A stretch of 64,000 nucleotides of DNA, from assembly GCA_050916045.1 (NCBI GenBank), contig CP051526.1:3392001-3456000 (forward strand), read 5' to 3'. A model generated the notes under the pieces. That model saw only the letters and a list, made by a program, of their open reading frames with translations, was not told the DNA's origin and ran no database searches. The DNA is from Tepidisphaera sp. GTDB lineage: Bacteria > Planctomycetota > Phycisphaerae > Phycisphaerales > UBA1924. Shown here piece by piece: positions 8,208 to 16,832 of this stretch; position 1 is the stretch's first letter, and the number at the start of each line of letters is the position of its first letter. The position numbers and the translations under genes were made by a program.

Positions 8208-10469
8208 TCAGCAGCCGGTCTCGAACGCGGTCACGAAGTCGAGGTAGTCGAAGAAGTCGACGAAGTCATCGCCGTTGAAATCGGCGGTCTTGCCCGGGGG
8301 GCACTCGCCGGTTTCGAAGCAGAAGACGTAATCGCCGTAGTCGAAGAAGTCCAGGAAGTCGTCGCCGTTGAAGTCGGCGCGGCAGGTCTGGCCCGGGTCG
8401 CGGACCGTCACCGCGTAGATGCCGATGCCGGGGACCGTGGACTGGGCGTTGGAGAAGCTGATGGAAGTGATCTGACGGCCCGCGAAATCGCCAAGGCCGC
8501 CGGCGATCAGGCTCTCGTGGCTGACGACGGCTTCGACGACGTTGAGGTCCACGCCGGGAGTGCCGGCGTCGACGAACTCAGCCGAGATGAAGGTGCCCAA
8601 GCTCTGCTGGGACTCGACGCCCGCCAGCGCGGGATCGACGTCCTGCTGGCCGTACCAGTCGGGAGCGTCGAGCTGGACCACGGCGGTCGAGCCGTCGGAG
8701 AACCCGATGGTCATGTCGAAGGTGGTGCCGCCATTGCTCGCGTTGAAGAGCACGCCGATCTGCGTGCCCGGCTGCATCGCCGCGCCCAAAGCCGCGGTGT
8801 CGGTGGTCTGGGGGCCGGACTGGTTGGAATCGGGCAGCCAGAGCGGCTGGATGCCGGTCTCGTCGCCGTCGGGCTCAAGGTCGAAGGCTCGGAAGCCGTT
8901 GTCGACGGTGTTGCGGTCGCCGAGGTGCACCATGTCGAGCACGCCGGCCTGGGTCACCACGGTGTACGGGATGCCGGTCGCGCCTTCGAGGCCGACCTCG
9001 AGCGAGCCGACCGCGCCGGTCAGCCGCATGCCGCGGTCGCCGATCGAGCGGTAGCCGGACTCGGAATCGGGGTTGTTGTCCTCGCCGGTGTGGACCATGC
9101 CGTTGAAGTTGTAGTTGAGCGGCACCAACACGTCGGTGTGAGCGACCGGGCTGGTGTCCACGTTGAGCGTGAAGGAACCCGTCGAGTCGTTGTTGCCCGC
9201 CACGCGGATCAGATACGCCTGATTCGCCTGGGCGTTGATCGTGACACGAGAAAGCCCGCCGCGGGCATTGTCGTTGCACGCGATCGCGCTGCCGCCGCAA
9301 GCCGTGTAGACCGCCAAGGTCGTGTCGATCACACCCGCGCCGATCGTGTTGATCTCGACCGGACCGGTCGAGGTCGCGACGTAGCGATACCAGACATCCT
9401 TCTGATCCGCCGTGCCGCAGGAGCTCGAAGCCGCGCCGGTGGCGTTGAAGCTCGAGCCGGCGGTCGTGCCCTCCAGCACCGGCTGCGCGTTCGCGCAGCT
9501 GTCGTTGGCCGGAGGAGCGTTGGAGACCGAGCCGTACAGCTGGATCTCGCCGATCTGAAGGAACGTGTCGCCCAACGAAGGACCGAACTCGATGCGGTAC
9601 CGCGTGTAGGCGGTCGTGTTGGCGAAGCGGAGGTCCTGCTCCTGGAAATTGGCGAAGGAGCTTTCCAGATCGCGACGGCCGAGCTCGGTGAAGCTGACGC
9701 CGTCGTTGGAGCCATAGACCGCGACATAGGAAGGAGTGCGGCCGGGGAAAGCCGCATCGTCGCCGGCACCGAAGAGATCGAATCCGGTGACGACGCTCGA
9801 GCCAACGCCCGGGGTGACATCGATGACGGTCGGGCCGAGATCGCCGCTGAAGATGCCGAGCTTGGTGTTCAGACGGTTGTCGAAGAGGCTGCCGGGGCCC
9901 TCGTTGTTCGGGCTTGAGGCGCCGGCGGTGTAGGTCACGGTGAAGGCGTCGCCGGGGGTGAGGATGTCGGTGCCGGTCACAAGCTGGACCTCGCCGACCT
10001 GCATGCTGTTGGCGGCGTTGGAGTTCCGCACGGTCGGGAACGTGACGCGGTAGTACGTGTACGAGGTCGAATTGTTGAAGCTCACCTGGTCCATGCCGTA
10101 CCGGGCCGTGGGCGGATTGAGCGCGCCCTGGGCGACCAGCACGAAGTTCACGCCGTCGTCGCTGCCCTCAAGGAGGAAGGACGTTGGGTCACGATCCGGA
10201 GCGTCGTTCGCCGTGACGATGATCAGCCCGCGAACGACGTCGGTTCGCGACGCGAGGACGGTGAAACCGGTGAAGATCTCGTCGAAGTTGAGATACTTGG
10301 TGCCGCCGAGGTTGTCGAGCACCTTGCTGGGGTCTTCAGCTCCCGGGTGATTCTCGGAGGAACCCGTGACAGGGTCTCCGGGAGAGGTGACATCCTGCGC
10401 GGCGGCGGAAGCCGCCATGCCCGCAAGGGCGATGATGAGCGCGATCGGGGACAGTGACTCTTTACGCAT
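8208..10469 (-). CDS. Secreted protein with two discoidin/F5-8C-like domains and a C-terminal GC-type dockerin tail
   Basis: Signal peptide after MRKES. Two repeats of ..GS.DGV.F..Y..YR..F..Q.GE.QL, a PPANDSC domain and a terminal DFNGD.FVDFFDYLDFVTAFETGC. AGGAAAGGAAG RBS. Confidence 0.8.
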   Translation of the reverse strand: MRKESLSPIALIIALAGMAASAAAQDVTSPGDPVTGSSENHPGAEDPSKVLDNLGGTKYLNFDEIFTGFTVLASRTDVVRGLIIVTANDAPDRDPTSFLLEGSDDGVNFVLVAQGALNPPTARYGMDQVSFNNSTSYTYYRVTFPTVRNSNAANSMQVGEVQLVTGTDILTPGDAFTVTYTAGASSPNNEGPGSLFDNRLNTKLGIFSGDLGPTVIDVTPGVGSSVVTGFDLFGAGDDAAFPGRTPSYVAVYGSNDGVSFTELGRRDLESSFANFQEQDLRFANTTAYTRYRIEFGPSLGDTFLQIGEIQLYGSVSNAPPANDSCANAQPVLEGTTAGSSFNATGAASSSCGTADQKDVWYRYVATSTGPVEINTIGAGVIDTTLAVYTACGGSAIACNDNARGGLSRVTINAQANQAYLIRVAGNNDSTGSFTLNVDTSPVAHTDVLVPLNYNFNGMVHTGEDNNPDSESGYRSIGDRGMRLTGAVGSLEVGLEGATGIPYTVVTQAGVLDMVHLGDRNTVDNGFRAFDLEPDGDETGIQPLWLPDSNQSGPQTTDTAALGAAMQPGTQIGVLFNASNGGTTFDMTIGFSDGSTAVVQLDAPDWYGQQDVDPALAGVESQQSLGTFISAEFVDAGTPGVDLNVVEAVVSHESLIAGGLGDFAGRQITSISFSNAQSTVPGIGIYAVTVRDPGQTCRADFNGDDFLDFFDYGDYVFCFETGECPPGKTADFNGDDFVDFFDYLDFVTAFETGC

Positions 10470-10626
10470 CGGAACACTTCCTTTCCTGGACGAACGAAAA
10501 TCGTCAGGACCTCTCGGGACCGCGTCGACAGACGCGACCCTCCACGACTTCTCCGCGGGGAACGACCAAGGAAGCGCGAGAGCCATGGTGCTTCGCGCAG
10601 GGCCCGCGAATCGGGTCCCGCTTGCC

Positions 10627-10655
10627 ATGCTACAAAAACGCTTTCATCGCGTCAA
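10627..10655 (-). promoter_or_regulatory. Sigma70-type promoter TTGACG-17-TAGCAT with a LacI-like operator in the spacer
   Basis: -35 at 10650-10655, -10 at 10627-10632. The spacer contains TGAAAGCGTTTTT. Confidence 0.65.
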
Positions 10656-10732
10656 ACAGATTCGAGTTCCCGAGCTTTGCTCACCATGTGGGAACGATCA
10701 TCGCCGCGTGTTGTAACCGCGTTGCAGCGCTC

Positions 10733-13700
10733 TCAGCCAGCGACGATGTTCACAAGACGGCCGGGGACGACGATGATTTTCTTCACCACCTTGCCGCCAA
10801 GAGCCTTCTGCACTTCAGCGTTCGCGAGGGTCATCTCCTCGATGGCTTTGGGTTCGGCGTTGCTGGGAACGGTGACCTTGCAGCGGACCTTGCCCTGGAT
10901 CTGGACTGCAAGTTCGACCTCGTCGTCGCGGAGCATCGCCGGATCGACCGCGGGCCACGCCGCCAGGGAGATGAGCGTCTGATTGCCGAGCTTGCTCCAG
11001 ACCTCCTCCGCGAGGTGCGGCGCGAAGGGGGCCAGCGCGAGCATGAATCGCTCGAGCTGATCTTTGTGGAGCACGGTCGACCCCACGCCGTTGACGAACT
11101 CGATCAGAGCGGCGATGGCCGTGTTGAAGGAAAGCCGCTCGATGTCAGCTCCGACTTTGGCGATGACGCGGTGGACCTGCTTCTCGACCGTCACGTCGCG
11201 CTCCGCGGCCGTGCGCACGGCGCCTGTCTTCTCGTCGACCGCCACGCGCCAGGCGCGAGCGAGGAACCGGGCCAGACCGGTGATGTCGCGGGGGTTCCAA
11301 GGCTTGCTCGCTTCCAGCGGGCCCATGTACATCTCATAGAGGCGGAAGGTGTCGGCGCCGAACTCGGCGATGACGTCGTCCGGATTGACGACGTTCTTGT
11401 AGCGCTTGGACATCTTGGTGACAACAGGCGTGACCGGCTCGCCGGTGGCGATGAGCTGGTAGACGCCTTCGGACACCTCTTGGACCTCGTCCACCGGAAC
11501 GATGGTCTTGTCCGCTCGCTGATAGGCGAAGCTGGTGATGAGGCCCTGATGGAACAGCTTCTGGAACGGCTCGGGGGTCGAGAGGTACCCCATGTCGTAA
11601 AGCACGTTGTGCCAGAAGCGGGAGTACATGAGGTGGCCGACGGCGTGCTCGGAACCGCCCATGTACAGGTCGACGCCGCCGGGCTGACCGTTGCCGCCCA
11701 TCCAGTATCGGTCGGCTTCGGAAGCGACCATCGCGCGGTCGTTGCTCGGGTCGCAGTAGCGGACGGCGTACCAAGAGCTGCCGGCGCTGCCGGGCATGGT
11801 GTTGGCTTCGCGGCGGACCCTGGTCGAGGGCGGCAGCACCGCGGGATCGACGCCCGCTTCGCCGGCGGTGGTATTGACCCACTCACGGACCTTGCCCAGA
11901 AGCGGGAGCGGATCCTCGCTCTCGACGGGGGCGTAGTCGGCGAGTTCGGGAAGCATGACGGGGAGGGCTTTCTCGCCGACGGGGTAGGCGGCACCGTCCT
12001 CGGTGAAGACCATCGGGAAAGGCTCGCCCCAGTAACGCTGGCGGCTGAAGGTCCAGTCGCGGAACTTGTAGTTGACCCGGCGGCGGCCGAGAGCTTTCTT
12101 CTCAAGCCAGCCGACGATCGCGGCTTTGGCTTGCTCCACGGTCAGGCCGTTGAGGGAGATCTCGCGGTTGGCGGAATTGGCGAGCACACCGACGTTGCCG
12201 GTGGCGACAAAGGCGTCTCCGGAAGCGTCGAAGAACGCGGCCCTCGCGAACCGGTCGACGAAATCCTCGAACCCGGCGAACTTCAGTTCGGCGATCGCGT
12301 CGAGCCAGACGATCCGGGTCGCACCGCGACGCTCGCCGATAGCACCCGGGCGCTCGGTCGGGCGGCCTGACGGGATGAGCACGGCGGTGCCGTCGATGTC
12401 TCCGCGGCGGCGTGCGGTGACCAGTTCGAGCGCGGCTTGCATGTCGTGCGGAAAGACCGACGAGGTGACGCAGCCGAGGAAGTCCGCGAGAGCCCCTTGC
12501 CAGCGTTCGGCGGTGCGGACGTTCTCAGGGGCGTGCTCGGCGAAGTACGCCATCGCCGACCGGGTCTGGTCGTACACGACGTCCCGGATCGGCAGGCGGA
12601 ATGCTTTGGCGAACTCGTAGTCGCGTTCGTCGTGGGCGGGCACGGCCATGATCGCGCCGGTGCCATACCCCATCAGCACGTAGTCCGCGATCCAGACGGG
12701 GATCTTCTCGCCCGTCGCGGGATTGAGCGCGTGGAGGCCGGTGGGCACGCCGGTCTTCTTCTTGTTCTCCATCCGCTCGATGTCGGAGAGATTTCGGGCA
12801 CGTTCGACGTACGCCCGGACGGCCGGGTCGGCGGTGACGGACGCCACCAGCGGGTGCTCGGGCGCGATCACCATGTACGTCGCGCCGAAGATCGTGTCGG
12901 GCCGCGTGGTGAAGACGGTCAGCGCGTGGTCCCGGCCGTCGATGCGGAACTCGATCTCTGCGCCCTCGCTGCGGCCGATCCACTCGGTCTGCATCGCTTT
13001 CGTCGAAGCGGGCCAGTCCAACCCGGCGAGCCCGTCGAGCAAACGGTCCGCGTACGTCGTGATTCGGAACATCCACTGCTTCATCGGCTTGCGGAGCACG
13101 GGATGGCCGCCGCGCTCGCTTCTGCCGTCGATCACCTCATCGTTCGCGAGCACGGTGCCGAGCTTGGGGCACCAGTTGACGGTCGTCTCGCCGAGGTACG
13201 CGAGGCGCCAGGAATCAAGCACGCGCCGCTTGATGTCGGCGTCGAGAGCGTCCCACTTCGCTCCAGCGAGCGAGGGGTGCGATCCGCCGGCCGTCGGGTT
13301 GAAGGCGACCGGCCGCTTGCCACTCCGAAACTCCTCGACGAGTTCGCGGATCGGACGTGCTTTGCCCTTCGTGACTCCGTGACCTCGCGACTCCGTGACT
13401 TCCGCGTCAAACCACGCGTCGTAGAGCTTGAGAAAGATCCACTGGGTCCACTTGTAGTACCCAGGATCGATGGTGCCGAACTCGCGCGACCAGTCGTACG
13501 AGAACCCGAACCGCTGGAGCTGGCGGCGGAAGTTGTCGATGGCTTTCTTCGTCGTGATCGCGGGGTGCACGCCCGTCTGGATGGCGTACTGCTCGGCCGG
13601 AAGCCCGAAAGCGTCCCAGCCCATCGGGTGCAGAACGTTGAACCCCTTCATCCGCTTGTACCGCGACACGATGTCCGTCGCCGTGTACCCCTCGGGATGG

Positions 13701-13927
13701 CCGACGTGCAAGCCGGCTCCAGATGGATATGGGAACATGTCCAGGCAGTAGAACTTGGGGCGCGACGAGTCGAACCCGGGCTGCCCGGGGTTGGGAGTCG
13801 TGAACGTCTTCTCGGTCGCCCACCGGCCCTGCCACTTGAGCTCGAGCTCGTTCGCAAGCCCCGCGTTGTACCGGTGGGGCGTGTCGTTCGACGGGATCTC
13901 GGGTTGGCTTGGGGATGTTTGGGACAT
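10733..13927 (-). CDS. leuS: Leucine--tRNA ligase with a large insertion
   Basis: MFPYPSGAGLHVGH, GWDAFGLPAE, FTTRPDT, GTGAIMAVPAHD, SRQRYWG, KMSKR. Confidence 0.97.
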   Translation of the reverse strand: MSQTSPSQPEIPSNDTPHRYNAGLANELELKWQGRWATEKTFTTPNPGQPGFDSSRPKFYCLDMFPYPSGAGLHVGHPEGYTATDIVSRYKRMKGFNVLHPMGWDAFGLPAEQYAIQTGVHPAITTKKAIDNFRRQLQRFGFSYDWSREFGTIDPGYYKWTQWIFLKLYDAWFDAEVTESRGHGVTKGKARPIRELVEEFRSGKRPVAFNPTAGGSHPSLAGAKWDALDADIKRRVLDSWRLAYLGETTVNWCPKLGTVLANDEVIDGRSERGGHPVLRKPMKQWMFRITTYADRLLDGLAGLDWPASTKAMQTEWIGRSEGAEIEFRIDGRDHALTVFTTRPDTIFGATYMVIAPEHPLVASVTADPAVRAYVERARNLSDIERMENKKKTGVPTGLHALNPATGEKIPVWIADYVLMGYGTGAIMAVPAHDERDYEFAKAFRLPIRDVVYDQTRSAMAYFAEHAPENVRTAERWQGALADFLGCVTSSVFPHDMQAALELVTARRRGDIDGTAVLIPSGRPTERPGAIGERRGATRIVWLDAIAELKFAGFEDFVDRFARAAFFDASGDAFVATGNVGVLANSANREISLNGLTVEQAKAAIVGWLEKKALGRRRVNYKFRDWTFSRQRYWGEPFPMVFTEDGAAYPVGEKALPVMLPELADYAPVESEDPLPLLGKVREWVNTTAGEAGVDPAVLPPSTRVRREANTMPGSAGSSWYAVRYCDPSNDRAMVASEADRYWMGGNGQPGGVDLYMGGSEHAVGHLMYSRFWHNVLYDMGYLSTPEPFQKLFHQGLITSFAYQRADKTIVPVDEVQEVSEGVYQLIATGEPVTPVVTKMSKRYKNVVNPDDVIAEFGADTFRLYEMYMGPLEASKPWNPRDITGLARFLARAWRVAVDEKTGAVRTAAERDVTVEKQVHRVIAKVGADIERLSFNTAIAALIEFVNGVGSTVLHKDQLERFMLALAPFAPHLAEEVWSKLGNQTLISLAAWPAVDPAMLRDDEVELAVQIQGKVRCKVTVPSNAEPKAIEEMTLANAEVQKALGGKVVKKIIVVPGRLVNIVAG

Positions 13928-14064
13928 AGACGGGAATGGTAGTGCCTCGGCGGGCGTTCTCCCAGAGCGGACCCCGAATCGGTTGTTTTGCTTCGCTTTT
14001 GGCGGACTTTGCGGTACTCTGGGCCGGGCATCTGGGTCAAGAACCCATTCTTGAGGATCAGCGC

Positions 14065-16773
14065 ATGAGAACCCGCTTTCTGTCAGCCGTTGGGTTCATT
14101 TTGTTGGTTGCCGGGGTTCTGTTTCCCGCACGTTCATCACCGGGGCAGTGCTCGTCGTTCGCCTACGCGCGGCAGGTCAGCGGCGATGTGGCCGTGATGG
14201 AATCGCTGGGCTCGCTGCTGTTTGTGGGAATGCCCGGGCTGGTGGAGATCCACGATCTCGCCGCACCGGACACGCCCGTTCGGATCGCCGCGATCCCCGT
14301 GCGTTATGAGCCCTCGGCGATCGCGGTCAACGGCAATCTGCTCTACATCTCAACGTGGAGCTTCGGTGACAGCATCGGGTCGCTCGTGGTCGTGGACATC
14401 GCGGCGCCCGCCAGCCCGGTGGTGCTCGCGGACATCACGTGGAACGATGAGGTCGAGGACTCGGCGGCGGGGACGGACCGACTCTGCCTGCTCAATAACG
14501 CGGACGAGATTCTCATTCTCGACGTGACTTCGCCGGGGCAGCCGATCACCGGATCGACGCTGAGCGGCCAGGCGTTCCGGAGCATCGAGGTCCGGCAGAA
14601 CGTCCTCTACGCGACGTTCAACGACACCTCCACGACTCCCTCGCGTTCCAAGCTCCGCACATGGGGGATAGGGAACATCACGAGCGCCAACATCATCACG
14701 ACGATCGACCTTGGCGAGGCCCAGGGTTTCCCGACGCTCGACCGGCTCGGAACAACGCTGGCGACCGTGGCGGCCGACCGTCTTTCGATCTTCAGCCTGT
14801 CGACGCCGGGGACGCCCGCCTTGCTCGGAACGGCGTCGGGCGCTCGCATCGGGGCGAAGCCTCACCTCACCGAGCACAACGGGATCACCCTCTGCCACAT
14901 GCTCGCTCGCGGGTTCTCCGCCGGCGTGTGGGACGTGAGCAACCCCGCGATCCCGACGTTCCTCGCGAACTACGGCGTCCAGCCGGGACCGCTCACCGCC
15001 GTGGGGCAGCACGCATATCTGCTCGAGTCAACCGACCTGTTCGCGGCGTACTCCTTCATCAACCCTTCCAGCCCCACGCGCGTGTGGGTGAACGATTACG
15101 GTCTTCCCGGGAGGTGCTTCGATCTGCACGCGAGCGGAACGGTGATCGTGTTGCCCGAGTCCGTCGGCGTCTTGCCCGAGAGATTCACGCTCATCGACGT
15201 GGCGGACCCGGATCAGCCCCAGCTTGCCGGCATCGTCAGCCTGGACGCTGCCGAGTCGCTTCAGGGCTCGGATGTCAGCGGGACGATGCTCGGCTTTCTG
15301 GCGCTCGAAGGCGGGCCTCGGTACAAACTCCATCTCTACGACATCGCGAACCCGGCGAGTCCGACGCTCCTGAGCGACGGGCTTGAGATCGAGCGCACGT
15401 CGCCCTTCTCGAACAACGAGCTTTATCTGGACGGCCGCACGGGTGTGATTGAGTTCGCAAACGAGTACATCGTGCTGGACTTGGCCGATCCGTCGGCCCC
15501 GCGGATCGCTTCCCGGATCGCGGCGCCCGGCTCGGGTTGGGGCTACTTTGAGGACGGTGTGCTCGCCGTGCTGGACACCTCGGGCGTGCCGTTCATCTCG
15601 GTCTTTGACGTTACGAACCCGGACCGCCCGACCCTCGCAGCCACGATCGCCGAGCCGAACGCGGAAGACCTCTCCCTGTCGGGCCGAATGCTGGCGGTGC
15701 TTCGCGCGAACGATACCACCGCGATCCACGACCTCTCTGTTCCGGCGGCGCCCATCCTGCGCTCGACCATCCCCCGGCCCGGTTCGATGGCGCGCGTGAC
15801 CACCGCGATGCTGGTCGACTCGCTGTGCGTGCTCTCGGAAGAGGGCCGCACGGCGCTCTACTCGCTCACAAGCCCCGGTTCGCCCGTGCTGCTGGGCGAA
15901 AGCGGAAACTCGGGCTCGGCGTACGCCGCGCACCGCGTGAACAACGATCTCTGGACCCTGGGACTGGGTTCGACGCTCAATGGATTCACGATCCCGGACC
16001 TTCCGGTGGTGACGTCGCAACCGAGGGATCGGGCCCCATGCCCGGGTGCGACGGTCGTGCTCAGCGCCGACGCGACCTCCGCTTCGACCGCCACGTACCG
16101 CTGGCGATACAACGGCTCGCTACTCGACAACGGAGCCATGGCGAACGGCACGGTGGTCTCGGGAGCGTTCTCGCGGACCTTGACGCTTACGAACTTCAAC
16201 CCCCTGGACGCCGGCGTCTTCAGCTTGCGCTTCACGAACACGTGCGGAAGCGTGCTCTCGGACAACGCAGTCGTCATCGCGGGCGGAAACCCTCGGTTCA
16301 TCAACGTGCCGTCGCAGCGCGAGACGTGTGCGTTCGGCTCGGTGACGATGAGCGTTCGCACCGAGTTCCCCGCCGACACCAGCATCCGTTGGCAAGCCGA
16401 GCTCCCCTTCGGCTCGGGGAACTTCTTCAACATCTCGGATTTTTCCTCATCCGAGCACACCGTGACGGGCGCGACGACGCCGACACTCACGATCGCCGCT
16501 CAACCCGACGGCCGCATCCCGGACTTCCGAGCGACCCGCTACCGCGCGGTGGCCACCAACGCCTGCGGCTCAACGACGTCCACGGACGCCCGGCTCACGA
16601 TCTGCGGAGCAGATGTGAACTGCGACCTGTTCCTGGACTTCTTCGACTACGACGAGTTCGTCACCGCATTCGAGACCGGCTCGCCGGCTTCGGTCGCCGA
16701 CTTCAACGCCGACGGTTTCATCGATTTCTTCGACTATGACGAGTTCGTGACGGCGTTCGAGGTCGGCTGTTGA
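14065..16773 (+). CDS. Secreted LVIVD-repeat beta-propeller plus Ig-like domains with GC-type dockerin tail
   Basis: Signal peptide. Repeated (L/V)xxD(V/I)xxPxxP units, Ig-like YRWRYNG, and a C-terminal DFFDYDEFVTAFEVGC. Confidence 0.8.
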   Translation: MRTRFLSAVGFILLVAGVLFPARSSPGQCSSFAYARQVSGDVAVMESLGSLLFVGMPGLVEIHDLAAPDTPVRIAAIPVRYEPSAIAVNGNLLYISTWSFGDSIGSLVVVDIAAPASPVVLADITWNDEVEDSAAGTDRLCLLNNADEILILDVTSPGQPITGSTLSGQAFRSIEVRQNVLYATFNDTSTTPSRSKLRTWGIGNITSANIITTIDLGEAQGFPTLDRLGTTLATVAADRLSIFSLSTPGTPALLGTASGARIGAKPHLTEHNGITLCHMLARGFSAGVWDVSNPAIPTFLANYGVQPGPLTAVGQHAYLLESTDLFAAYSFINPSSPTRVWVNDYGLPGRCFDLHASGTVIVLPESVGVLPERFTLIDVADPDQPQLAGIVSLDAAESLQGSDVSGTMLGFLALEGGPRYKLHLYDIANPASPTLLSDGLEIERTSPFSNNELYLDGRTGVIEFANEYIVLDLADPSAPRIASRIAAPGSGWGYFEDGVLAVLDTSGVPFISVFDVTNPDRPTLAATIAEPNAEDLSLSGRMLAVLRANDTTAIHDLSVPAAPILRSTIPRPGSMARVTTAMLVDSLCVLSEEGRTALYSLTSPGSPVLLGESGNSGSAYAAHRVNNDLWTLGLGSTLNGFTIPDLPVVTSQPRDRAPCPGATVVLSADATSASTATYRWRYNGSLLDNGAMANGTVVSGAFSRTLTLTNFNPLDAGVFSLRFTNTCGSVLSDNAVVIAGGNPRFINVPSQRETCAFGSVTMSVRTEFPADTSIRWQAELPFGSGNFFNISDFSSSEHTVTGATTPTLTIAAQPDGRIPDFRATRYRAVATNACGSTTSTDARLTICGADVNCDLFLDFFDYDEFVTAFETGSPASVADFNADGFIDFFDYDEFVTAFEVGC

Positions 16774-16832
16774 CCCGAGATTTCGCTTCGGGCCCACCCG
16801 TGTCCGTGGTACGCTCCCGCCCGGAGGATTCC

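Noticed and set aside
12191..12574. Intein in leuS
   Set aside because: No N-terminal Cys/Ser or C-terminal His-Asn splice motifs, and no endonuclease signature.
13936..14064. ORF-track N-terminal extensions (also 8208-10628, 23003, 41918, 47309, 54805, 61624)
   Set aside because: Downstream starts fit the signal peptides, RBS or -10 geometry better.
16620..16773. Recurrent TTCTTCGACTACGAC-type nucleotide repeats at several loci
   Set aside because: Explained by the coding dockerin-like tails, not a DNA repeat element.
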